This document shows positions 32,077 to 41,074 of a stretch of DNA of 64,000 nt, piece by piece (position 1 is the stretch's first letter; each line of letters starts with the position of its first letter). The notes below the pieces were generated by a model, which saw nothing but the letters and a program-made list of their open reading frames with translations, made no database searches and had not been told where the DNA came from. The position numbers were made by a program, and so were the translations under genes. Origin of the DNA: Rhodospirillaceae bacterium (GTDB taxonomy: Bacteria > Pseudomonadota > Alphaproteobacteria > MPNO01 > UBA2964); contig PBIN01000014.1 in assembly GCA_002720855.1 (NCBI GenBank), positions 393,619 through 457,618 on the forward strand. Reading direction: 5' to 3'.

Positions 32077-32723
32077 TCGAACGCGTTACCAACAAGCGGC
32101 TCACCGAAATGACGGCTGCGCTATGCCATCACGATCCCGATTTGGCGAAGGTGGTAAAAGAATTCGGCGTTCCCCCTCTTTGGAAAAGACCACAAGGGTT
32201 TCGGACGTTGCTGTATCTCATATTGGAACAACAGGTTTCGCTTGCATCAGCGCGCGCGACCTATGAAAGGCTCGTGGCGAAGCTGGGGTCAGACCCAGAA
32301 CCTGAACCGTTTCTGTGCCTCAGCGACGACGATTTAAGAGGTCTTGGGTTTTCTCGTCAGAAATCCCGCTATTGCCAGTTGCTCGCGGAAGCAGTGGCCG
32401 ATGGGAGTCTGCCGCTAGGTAAACTTGGGCGCTATGACGATGAAGCGGCTAAGGCGGAAATGATGAAAATTACCGGAATCGGTCACTGGACGGCGGATGT
32501 TTATTTGATGGAAGCATTGGGACGGCCGGATGTGTGGCCGGTGGGCGATTTGGCGCTCGCCGTTGGGGTTGAGAAAGTTAAAAATCTCAAAGCGCGGCCC
32601 ACTGCAGATGAATTGCAAGCGCTTGGCGAACAGTGGCGGCCCTATCGGGCGGTTGCCGCGCGCATTCTCTGGCTCTATTACCTCAATGTCATCAGACCGC
32701 CAGCAGGAGGAAAACCGACATGA
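32073..32723 (+). CDS. alkA: DNA-3-methyladenine glycosylase II (AlkA family)
   Basis: ILEQQVS, HhH ITGIGHWTA, PVGD, WRPYR. Confidence 0.88.
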   Translation: MIERVTNKRLTEMTAALCHHDPDLAKVVKEFGVPPLWKRPQGFRTLLYLILEQQVSLASARATYERLVAKLGSDPEPEPFLCLSDDDLRGLGFSRQKSRYCQLLAEAVADGSLPLGKLGRYDDEAAKAEMMKITGIGHWTADVYLMEALGRPDVWPVGDLALAVGVEKVKNLKARPTADELQALGEQWRPYRAVAARILWLYYLNVIRPPAGGKPT

Positions 32724-33388
32724 ATGATTTGCCAACCTTATCCGGCCCATCTATGGGGCCGGCCTCCGGCAACGCAAAAAGCCTGGTGATTTTATTGCAC
32801 GGGTATGGTGCCAATGGTGACGATCTGATTGGTCTGGCGCCGCCCTTATCGCAAGTTTTGCCGGATACAGTTTTTGTGTCTCCCAACGCGCCGCACCCTT
32901 GTGCACAAAATCCCTTTGGCGGTCTGCAATGGTTCGATGTTTGGGAAGGCGATGACTACGACAGGCTTTCTCAGGTACGGGTAGCGGCCGCCACGATCGA
33001 CGCCTTCATTGATAGCGAACTTGAGAGACAGGGATTGAGTGACGACCAGTTTGCCCTGCTCGGTTTTTCTCAGGGAACCATGCTGTCTTTGCATGTTGGG
33101 GTTCGCCGGGAAAATCCACCGGCAGGAATTTTAGGTTATTCCGGTCGATTGGAAGCACCCGAGACACTTGCCGACGAAATTAAAGTCCGCCCACCAGTGA
33201 TGTTGATCCATGGCGAAGAAGATCCGCTTTTGTCGGTCGATTTGATGGATAGTGCGGCAGGTATGTTGCGCGACAACGGTGTCGAAGTGGACACGCATCG
33301 CCGGCCAGGGCTTGCTCATAGTATAGATCAGGACGGCGTAAATCTTGGCGCAGGTTTCCTAAGCGTTGTCCTCAAGTCGCAGGGTTAG
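32720..33388 (+). CDS. Phospholipase/carboxylesterase
   Basis: LHGYGANG, GFSQG, HGEED, H in LAHSI; AGGAGG SD before ATG 32720. Confidence 0.9.
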   Translation: MNDLPTLSGPSMGPASGNAKSLVILLHGYGANGDDLIGLAPPLSQVLPDTVFVSPNAPHPCAQNPFGGLQWFDVWEGDDYDRLSQVRVAAATIDAFIDSELERQGLSDDQFALLGFSQGTMLSLHVGVRRENPPAGILGYSGRLEAPETLADEIKVRPPVMLIHGEEDPLLSVDLMDSAAGMLRDNGVEVDTHRRPGLAHSIDQDGVNLGAGFLSVVLKSQG

Positions 33389-33597
33389 ATTCTATTTCGT
33401 TTAGGAAGAGGAAATTTTCGGGAATCGACGAGGCGTAATCTGTTTCGATAAATTTCCTGTGTCGATTCGAGCGCTCGCATTGTGCCGTCTATAATTCCCT
33501 TGTAACATTTCTCGCCTACAAGCGATGCCGTGACTTTTGAATGAGCGGTATTAGTTTAAATTGAGTACAAGATAAGGGTCTCAGGAACTTAGTACCG

Positions 33598-34149
33598 ATG
33601 CAGGATTCACCAGCACTCGTTCTCAATGCTGATTTTCGGCCTCTGAGTTATTTCCCTTTATCGCTTTGGTGCTGGCAGGATGCAGTAAAGGCCGTTTTTC
33701 TCGACCGGGTTAATATCGTTGCGGAGTATGAAAATTCCGTTCGGTCCCCTTCATTTTCGATGAAACTGCCGAGCGTAATTGCGCTTAAAGAGTATATCCC
33801 GCTGTCCCGTAAACCGGCATTCACACGATTTAACGTCTTCCTGCGTGATCGCTTCGACTGTCAGTATTGTGGCGAGTGTTTCCCGGTGCACGAACTCACG
33901 TTCGACCATGTCGTCCCGCGCTCACGGGGCGGCAGAACCAATTGGGAAAACGTTGTAACGGCTTGCTCGGCTTGTAATTTGCGCAAATCGAACAAGAGCG
34001 TCGATGAATCCGAGATGTATCCCATGCAGCGTCCACACCAGCCTTCAACATGGCAATTGCAGGAAAATGGTCGCGCGTTTCCGCCAAATTATTTGCACGA
34101 AAGCTGGCGGGATTTTCTCTATTGGGATACCGAGCTGCAGGACGACTAA
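33598..34149 (+). CDS. HNH endonuclease (McrA-like)
   Basis: LVLNAD, RD..CQYCG, DHVVPRSRGG, NVVTAC..CN..K. Confidence 0.92.
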   Translation: MQDSPALVLNADFRPLSYFPLSLWCWQDAVKAVFLDRVNIVAEYENSVRSPSFSMKLPSVIALKEYIPLSRKPAFTRFNVFLRDRFDCQYCGECFPVHELTFDHVVPRSRGGRTNWENVVTACSACNLRKSNKSVDESEMYPMQRPHQPSTWQLQENGRAFPPNYLHESWRDFLYWDTELQDD

Positions 34150-34157
34150 AACACTCT

Positions 34158-34721
34158 CTAGTTTACGTCTACCGGATCGCCTTCGCTTTTCTGAAGGACC
34201 AAGGGTGACCGGCTTTCAATCGTCCAACGATAGCGCATTGCATATCGCTGAACGTCAGGCATTTGCCATGCATCGTCGAATGTTTCTTCGGTTATGTCGG
34301 TATTCTCGATGATGTCCTGAGCGTTCAAGGTCGATTTCTCAGAATGGCGGATCAGCCAACAAAGCGCCTCCCATCCCGATTTGTCGCCGCGCTGGCTTGG
34401 TATGGCTTCAACGAGACCACGCCCTTCCGGTCCGTCGATAATCTCGACGCCTTTCCAGAAGGCGATGTGGTCCTTGATTAAGGATGCCTCATCGTACGGC
34501 GTTTCATAATGCCATGCCGCGCCTTGGTTCTCCTCGCCCGCCACAACGACATCGAAGTAACTGGCAAACCCCTTCCAATGACAAAAGGTGTCAGGCACGT
34601 CTTCATTTCGAACGACATGATCCCAGTTGACCGTTTTATTTGGAAAATAAGCATTACCTTCGACGTGCGCGATCTTGTCGCTTTCCGCGAGTGCCACGCC
34701 ATTCCAAACAGCTTTTGGCAT
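34158..34721 (-). CDS. DUF427-domain protein with C-terminal extension
   Basis: AVWNG..LAES, VEGN.YFP, CHWKG.ASY, AAW.Y..P, IAFWKGV, then about 90 unassigned aa. Confidence 0.8.
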   Translation of the reverse strand: MPKAVWNGVALAESDKIAHVEGNAYFPNKTVNWDHVVRNEDVPDTFCHWKGFASYFDVVVAGEENQGAAWHYETPYDEASLIKDHIAFWKGVEIIDGPEGRGLVEAIPSQRGDKSGWEALCWLIRHSEKSTLNAQDIIENTDITEETFDDAWQMPDVQRYAMRYRWTIESRSPLVLQKSEGDPVDVN

Positions 34722-34750
34722 TGAGTGGCCTCCTATGACGAAGTCAAACC

Positions 34751-37138
34751 TCAGACTTTTCCGAGTGCCTTGAGAATAGTCTCAGGAGACATGGGTTGTG
34801 AAGAAATCTTGCCACCGAAAGGCCTGAGAGCGTCATTGACGGCATTCATCACAACAGCTGGTGCTGCGCCGGTGCCGGATTCGCCAACTCCTTTCGCGCC
34901 GAGTTCAGAAACACCTGTGTGGGTCTGAATATGGGCAACTTCGATATCGGGCATTTCGCCTGCCATCGGTGTAAGATAGTCCGCTAAAGTGGCGTTCTGC
35001 AGTTGGCCAGCCGCGTCGTAAACACATTCTTCGTAGAGTGCGCCGCCGAGACCCTGGACACAGCCGCCGCGGACCTGTTCATCGGCCAGCTGCGGATTTA
35101 TGACCCGGCCACAATCTTCAACAACCCAATGATTAAGTAGCTTGAGAAAGCCGGTATCGATGTCCACCTCGACGTAGGCACCCTGAATACCGTTCGTAAA
35201 AATATATAGCGCATCGCGTAGCCTGAAACGATGGGTTGCCGAGAGGGTTGGCTGAACATGATTAGGCAACTCGAACACCTGAAAATGTCCAATGCGTCCA
35301 ATTTCAGCGAGTGAAATTCGAGATACGGTATCTCCCTTATCGACGACGTGCCCTTCGACGATATCGAGTGTCTCCGGCGCTGCCTGCAGCAAAACACCGG
35401 CAATCTCGAGAATCTCGGCGCGTAATTTAAGAGCTGCCTGGTAGGTTGCTTCGCCGCCAATCGCTGTTGCACGGGAAGCGTATGTGCCGCCGCCATAAGG
35501 AACGGCGTCCGTATCGCCCTCAATCACACGAACAGATTCAATTGGGACGCCGAGCGTGGCTGCGGTTATCTGGCCCATAACGGTATCGACGCCCTGGCCC
35601 TGATCGGTCACGCCGACCATGCAAATCACGCCGCCCGCAGGTTCGAGTTTTACAGTACAGGCATCCTGTGTGGCGATTGGTGCGCCGCCTGCACCGTAAT
35701 AACCCGAAGGGCCAGGGGCCGTGCCCTTGATGAATGCCGCAATACCGATCCCGCGTTGAACGCCCTTCTTGCGAAATTCTTCCTGTTCTTCGCGCAACGC
35801 ATCATAGTTCATCCGTTCAACGAGCGTCTCCAGGCACTGCTGGTGCGACATGTCGCGCATTTCGATTCCCGCCGCACCTATTCTTGGGTAGGAGTCATCA
35901 TGCATTACGTTGCGGCGCCGGAATTCCATAGGATCAATACCGCATGCGGCGGCCGCCTGATCGACAAGTGATTCTCCAACGGAGTTTCCGATAGGATGTC
36001 CCACGGCGCGATATTGCGAGGTGGGGACCTTGTTGAGATAGACGACCTGCGTGCTTGCCCGGTAATTCTCATGGGCGTAGGGCCCGCCGGTGATGTTCAG
36101 AATCTGATTGGCCTCAAAAACGCTGGTGCGCGGATATTGCGAATATGCACCGGCGCCCGAGCGAATATCGATGTCCATCGACGTAATTTTACCGTCCTTG
36201 GTAACAGCAATCCGGCCCCGTACCCGATTTTCGCGGGCATGGATATCTGTTGCAAAACTCTCCAGCCGATCAGCAATGAACTTTACCGGTCTCGCCAATT
36301 TGACGGATGCTGCAATTGTCGCGATTTCGTCGCCGAAGGTATGAATTTTAAGGCCAAATGATCCACCGACATCGGGTGCCACGATCCGCACATTATGCTC
36401 GGGCAGTCCAAGGGTACGTGCAAATACCGCCTGAACCATATGCGGACATTGACTGCTTGTATGGATCGTCAGCCGTTCTGTCCCCGGATCGTATTCGGCG
36501 AGAAGCGCACGCGGCTCGAGGCTAACGGCAGTGTGGCGTCCAAATGTGAACGTATCCTCAATGACGATATCCGCTTCTGCGACGGCTTTATCGACATCGC
36601 CAGTCTCAATTGTTTTTTCGAAGGCGAGATTATCTCCCAAATCGGGATGAATGGCGGGAGTGTCAGGATCCAGAGCCGTCTCTTTATCGATGACAACCGG
36701 CAACTCTTCATACTCGATCATCACAAATTCAGCGGCGTCTTCTGCCGCGGCGCGGCTGGAGGCAACAACCATCACCAGCGGTTCGCCCTGCCAACAAGCC
36801 CGGTCAACCGCCATCGGATATTGTGGCGCGGATTTCATGCCATCAAAGCACGTGAGTGTGCCGACCCAGGGGCCGGTACACATCTCAGCCAATTCTGCAC
36901 CTGTCATGACGAGAGCGACGCCGGGCTGTTGTTTCGCCTCCTCGACATCGACCGATAAAATTTTTGCATGACCATAGGGGCTACGCACAAAAGCAGCGTG
37001 CAAGGTCCGTGCGGGATTGATGTCATCGGTATAGCGACCGCGGCCCGCCACGGCGCGTTTAGCGGCATCGCGCGAGAGGGTTCGCCCAACATAGCTGTTC
37101 GGCCGGTCGAGGATTGGGGCAGGTGATTCCTTATTCAT
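34751..37138 (-). CDS. Xanthine-oxidase-family molybdoenzyme large subunit (CoxL-like, not bona fide CODH)
   Basis: VGGSFGLK, QGQG, GGTYASR, KGVGESG; active-site loop QYRAVGH. Confidence 0.9.
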   Translation of the reverse strand: MNKESPAPILDRPNSYVGRTLSRDAAKRAVAGRGRYTDDINPARTLHAAFVRSPYGHAKILSVDVEEAKQQPGVALVMTGAELAEMCTGPWVGTLTCFDGMKSAPQYPMAVDRACWQGEPLVMVVASSRAAAEDAAEFVMIEYEELPVVIDKETALDPDTPAIHPDLGDNLAFEKTIETGDVDKAVAEADIVIEDTFTFGRHTAVSLEPRALLAEYDPGTERLTIHTSSQCPHMVQAVFARTLGLPEHNVRIVAPDVGGSFGLKIHTFGDEIATIAASVKLARPVKFIADRLESFATDIHARENRVRGRIAVTKDGKITSMDIDIRSGAGAYSQYPRTSVFEANQILNITGGPYAHENYRASTQVVYLNKVPTSQYRAVGHPIGNSVGESLVDQAAAACGIDPMEFRRRNVMHDDSYPRIGAAGIEMRDMSHQQCLETLVERMNYDALREEQEEFRKKGVQRGIGIAAFIKGTAPGPSGYYGAGGAPIATQDACTVKLEPAGGVICMVGVTDQGQGVDTVMGQITAATLGVPIESVRVIEGDTDAVPYGGGTYASRATAIGGEATYQAALKLRAEILEIAGVLLQAAPETLDIVEGHVVDKGDTVSRISLAEIGRIGHFQVFELPNHVQPTLSATHRFRLRDALYIFTNGIQGAYVEVDIDTGFLKLLNHWVVEDCGRVINPQLADEQVRGGCVQGLGGALYEECVYDAAGQLQNATLADYLTPMAGEMPDIEVAHIQTHTGVSELGAKGVGESGTGAAPAVVMNAVNDALRPFGGKISSQPMSPETILKALGKV

Positions 37139-37141
37139 TCC

Positions 37142-37627
37142 TCAACCCTCTTCCAATCGCTTGTTGAGGGTCATTTCCACCGCATCGACGATGGCGTGGT
37201 ATCCCGTACAGCGGCAAAAATTTCCTGAGAGATGATCGCGAATTTCTGCACGTGTCACGGGTTTGGGGTCGCGTAGAAGCTCTGATGCGGTGATCAGCAT
37301 GCCGGGTGTGCAATAGCCACATTGCATAGCATTTCGGTTGACAAAATTCTCCTGCAGATCGGCGACTTCCCCTGTTTGTGTCAGGCCTTCGACGGTTACG
37401 ACCTCTGCGCCATCGGCCTGCACCGCAAGCATGAGGCAACCACGAACCACCGCGCCGTCGACACGAACAGAGCATGCACCGCAAACGCCGTGTTCGCAGC
37501 CAAGATGCGAACCTGTCAGGCCCATCTCCGTTCGCAAGAAATCGACGAGGTGTTGCCGAACTGGGACGGTTCGGGCGACTTGTTCGCCATTGACGCTGAG
37601 CGAAATCTCCATCGTTGCTTCACTCAT
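37142..37627 (-). CDS. 2x[2Fe-2S] small subunit (CoxS-like)
   Basis: GCEHGVCGAC..C and QCGYCTPG...CRCTGY. Confidence 0.93.
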   Translation of the reverse strand: MSEATMEISLSVNGEQVARTVPVRQHLVDFLRTEMGLTGSHLGCEHGVCGACSVRVDGAVVRGCLMLAVQADGAEVVTVEGLTQTGEVADLQENFVNRNAMQCGYCTPGMLITASELLRDPKPVTRAEIRDHLSGNFCRCTGYHAIVDAVEMTLNKRLEEG

Positions 37628-38496
37628 CAGGCGGCCTCCGCCCGTTCGATCGCAGTGTCGAGGGCCCGTCCGGTAAGAACTTTTTGTAGATGCAGTTTCA
37701 TCGCCGAGCTGCCCTGAAGATTGGCCATCGGGTCGAGGTCATCTTCCAACGCTTTGGTTGCAGCTTCTTTGCATTCTTCGGACCATGCCTGTCCGATGAC
37801 GGCCGAGACGGCTTTGCTTGCGAGCGTTGGTTTGTCTTCGCTACCGAAATAAACCAGTCGTAAACCCTCAAAGGCGTTGCCATTGATGCGCGCTACACAT
37901 GCCAGTCCTGCCATTGCGTAGTCGCCATGCCGTTGAGCGAGTTCCATAAAGACCGATATGTCTCCGGTCTTTTTGGCCGGTATTCGGAGTTCAACGAGGA
38001 GTTCGTTGGTTTCACGCGCTGTTTCGTAAAGCCCATGAAAATAATCCTCGGCTGCTATCTCGCGCGAACCGTTTACACTTTCAACAACCATAGTGCCGCC
38101 TAGCGCAAGAACGCAGGCGGGCATTTCAGCGGCGGGGTCAGCGAGCGCAACGCTGCCGCCGATGGTTCCACGATTGCGGACTGCATGGTGCGCGACATGC
38201 GGCATTGCTTCAGCGATGAGCGGTAGATGCTCAGCAACGACTGGCGAGTTAGCGACCTCTACATGACGCGTCAGGGCGCCTATGCGGACTATGTTTCCAT
38301 CGAGAGTGATGCCGCCAAGGTCAGGTATTTTGTTGATATCGATAAGCGTATCAGGCTGTGACAGCCGCATATTGAGAGTTGGCATCAGGCTTTGACCGCC
38401 AGCGATGATTCGACCGTCTTCGCCTAGTTCGTCAAGCAATTGCAGCGCATGGCTGCGTGATTCCGCTTTTACGTAGTTGAATTTTGGCGCTTTCAC
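37627..38496 (-). CDS. FAD-binding medium subunit (CoxM-like)
   Basis: IAGGQSLMP, RNRGTIGGS..ADPAAE; GTG start after AGGAGG. Confidence 0.92.
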   Translation of the reverse strand: MKAPKFNYVKAESRSHALQLLDELGEDGRIIAGGQSLMPTLNMRLSQPDTLIDINKIPDLGGITLDGNIVRIGALTRHVEVANSPVVAEHLPLIAEAMPHVAHHAVRNRGTIGGSVALADPAAEMPACVLALGGTMVVESVNGSREIAAEDYFHGLYETARETNELLVELRIPAKKTGDISVFMELAQRHGDYAMAGLACVARINGNAFEGLRLVYFGSEDKPTLASKAVSAVIGQAWSEECKEAATKALEDDLDPMANLQGSSAMKLHLQKVLTGRALDTAIERAEAA

Positions 38497-38606
38497 GCCA
38501 CCCTCCTAAATTTTACAGCCCGATTTTGGATAGCCTAATTTTTTGTGGCCGGGATGCTCCCACCTTTGATCGCCTTGTGCAAGATGTCCGCTGCGAAACC
38601 TTTTTT

Positions 38607-38623
38607 TTGAAAATCATTTTCAA
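38607..38623. promoter_or_regulatory. Perfect 8-1-8 palindromic operator (Fur-box-like)
   Basis: TTGAAAAT-C-ATTTTCAA between the divergent Mo-hydroxylase and ubiD genes. Confidence 0.65.
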
Positions 38624-38667
38624 TCGTTGCAAAACACGGTAACCATGCGCGTCATTTTCGTATCGGA

Positions 38668-40122
38668 GTGGGTAGCTTGGCGAACAAGGATTTACGGGAT
38701 TGGATCGACGATGTCGAGTCTGTCGGAGAGTTGCATAGCATTTCCGGCGCAGATCCAAAGGAAGATATTGGTGGGATCGTTGATATCGTTCAACGCAGGA
38801 TGGGCGATCCGGCTCTGATGTTTGATAATATTCCGGGATTTCCGAAGGGCCATCGGGTCCTATCCAACCTGTTAACATCCACGCCTCGAATAAATCTGGC
38901 GCTCGGTCTGCCGGCGGATGCCTCAGAAATGGAGCTGGTTCAGTGGTGGCGTAAATACATGGCGGATGCGCCTTCCATACCGCCCACGCAAGTTAACGGC
39001 GGTGCACTGCTGGAGAATGTCACTGAAGGTGGGGATGTCGATGTGACCTCCATTCCAACACCCGTCTGGCATGAACATGATGGCGGCCATTTCATCGGCA
39101 CGGCTTGCATGGTGGTTATGAAAGACCCGGATTCAGACTGGATCAATTACGGCACGTACCGCATGCAGGTGCATGAGCCCGATGTCGTGTCGGTGATGAT
39201 GTCGCCTGGCAAGCACGGGCGGATAATCATGGAGAAGTACCACGCCCGTGGCGAACCATGTCCGGTTGCTGCGGTGTTTGGCATGCATCCTGCGATGTTT
39301 ATGCTTTCGGGTCTTGAAATTCCCTATGGCAAAAGCGAATACGAAGCGGCCGGCGGAATCTTTGGCGAAGCTGTTGAGATAATCAACATGCCGAAAACCG
39401 GATTGCCGGTTCCCGCCAATGCTGAGATTGCCCTCGAAGGTTATATCAAACCTGGCGATGAAGTCGTTGAAGGGCCGCTTGGCGAATGGACAGGCTACTA
39501 TGCCGGAGGGCAGCGGCCAGAGCCTGCGATCCGCGTTGCGACCATGATGCATCGCGACAATCCCGTTCTTATGGGTGCCGTGCCGGCCGTTCCGCCGAAC
39601 GACAACACATACTATTTAGGTCACTACCGCTGCGGTGCAGTTTGGTCCCAGCTGGAAGCTGCAGGCATTCCAGAGATTAAAGGCGTTTGGGCGCATGAGG
39701 CAGGTGGCAGCCGGTTCTGGCTGACCATCTCAATAAAACAGCTTTATGGCGGACATGCCAAACAGGCAGGGATGGTTGCTTCACAATGTCTGGCGGGTGC
39801 TTATTGCAATCGTTGGACCGTTGTCGTGGACGACGATATTGATCCGACCAACATCAACGATGTGTTGTGGTCGATGTGTACGCGATGCGATCCGCGCGAG
39901 GATGTTGATATTACGTCTGGTGGATGGAGTTCGCATCTGGATCCGATGTGTTTCGACGATGAAACAGACCGGCGTAATGCGCGCGTTGTCATCGATGCGT
40001 GCATACCGTTTAAGCGCAAGGAAACATTCCCCATCGTAGCCCGGAACAGCGCGGAACTCGATGATCGTATTCGCAAAAAATGGGCCAATGTTTTGCCGGA
40101 CGACTTTGTTAAAGGCGGATAA
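38668..40122 (+). CDS. UbiD family prFMN-dependent (de)carboxylase #1
   Basis: NYGTYR, PGKHG, SEY, EGPLGEWTGYY (E-x4-E), VVDDDID, W...TRCDP. Confidence 0.92.
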   Translation: MGSLANKDLRDWIDDVESVGELHSISGADPKEDIGGIVDIVQRRMGDPALMFDNIPGFPKGHRVLSNLLTSTPRINLALGLPADASEMELVQWWRKYMADAPSIPPTQVNGGALLENVTEGGDVDVTSIPTPVWHEHDGGHFIGTACMVVMKDPDSDWINYGTYRMQVHEPDVVSVMMSPGKHGRIIMEKYHARGEPCPVAAVFGMHPAMFMLSGLEIPYGKSEYEAAGGIFGEAVEIINMPKTGLPVPANAEIALEGYIKPGDEVVEGPLGEWTGYYAGGQRPEPAIRVATMMHRDNPVLMGAVPAVPPNDNTYYLGHYRCGAVWSQLEAAGIPEIKGVWAHEAGGSRFWLTISIKQLYGGHAKQAGMVASQCLAGAYCNRWTVVVDDDIDPTNINDVLWSMCTRCDPREDVDITSGGWSSHLDPMCFDDETDRRNARVVIDACIPFKRKETFPIVARNSAELDDRIRKKWANVLPDDFVKGG

Positions 40123-40137
40123 CGCCTCGTAATCGCT

Positions 40138-40992
40138 ATGAACGATATGCTCCGCGGTGCGGCATGGATGATACTTGCCGGCATTTGCTGGACGGTAATG
40201 ACGATTCTGGTGCGTCACCTTTCCGAAGACTATTCATCCTTTGAAATTCTGTTCTTTCGAAACCTGGTGTCGGTATGCATTTTGTTGCCGGTAGCAATGA
40301 AGTCCGGGCTCTCTACCTTAAAAACCGAGCGATTGCCGCTACACAGTTTGCGGGCATTATTATCCTATATCGGCGTGCTTTTGTTGTTTTACGGGATTGC
40401 GAATATCCCTTTACCAGATGTGACGGCGCTGAGTTTTACGCAACCTTTATTTGTCGTTGTACTGGCAGCTTTGATTCTCAGAGAAAACGTAACCGGCCCA
40501 CGATGGGCAGCTGTTTTTGTCGGGTTTTCAGGGCTCCTTGTTATTGTCCGACCGGGATTTATCGCACTTGAAATAGCCACTCTCCTGGTGATGTTGTCTG
40601 CGTTCTCATATGCATGTTCCAACATCTGCGTAAAAAAATTGATGACGACAGACACCGCCAATCAATCCGTCTTTTATTTCAACCTCCTCATGTTGCCGAT
40701 TGCACTGGTGCCGACTCTGTTCGTTTGGGTAACGCCTACATGGGCAGATTTACCTGTTCTCATCGCGATCGGCATAAATGGCACCATCGCTGTTTATGCC
40801 TACGCTCGTTCCTTTACGCTGGCCGATGCGAGCGCTGTGATGCCGTTTGATTTTTTGCGAATGCCCATGGCGGCGACAGCCGCTTTCCTACTCTTTTCCG
40901 AAACCGGTGATATCTGGACGTGGATTGGCGCCATCATTATTTTCGCGAGCTCCTATGCGCTGGCCCGAAGCAACAGCAAAACAACTGGTTAG
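40138..40992 (+). CDS. DMT/EamA family transporter
   Basis: FFRN, LSFTQPLF, VRPG; multiple TMs; 15 bp after ubiD. Confidence 0.88.
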   Translation: MNDMLRGAAWMILAGICWTVMTILVRHLSEDYSSFEILFFRNLVSVCILLPVAMKSGLSTLKTERLPLHSLRALLSYIGVLLLFYGIANIPLPDVTALSFTQPLFVVVLAALILRENVTGPRWAAVFVGFSGLLVIVRPGFIALEIATLLVMLSAFSYACSNICVKKLMTTDTANQSVFYFNLLMLPIALVPTLFVWVTPTWADLPVLIAIGINGTIAVYAYARSFTLADASAVMPFDFLRMPMAATAAFLLFSETGDIWTWIGAIIIFASSYALARSNSKTTG

Positions 40993-41074
40993 TAAATCGT
41001 CGTCTACGCCGCCTTACGCGCCAAGAGCGGCGTCAAATGGCAATATAGTCAGGCGCATCGTTTTCCAGCCACTT

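Noticed and set aside
33598..34149. RNA-guided IscB/Cas9-like nuclease or restriction system
   Set aside because: Only 183 aa, no RuvC or PLMP motifs, no array, transposon ends or methylase; it looks like the widespread stand-alone HNH family.
34751..38496. Aerobic CO dehydrogenase (coxMSL order) or 4-hydroxybenzoyl-CoA reductase
   Set aside because: It lacks the AYXCSFR Cu-binding Cys and coxDEFG; the 289-aa FAD subunit has no Cys-rich [4Fe-4S] insert as in HcrB.
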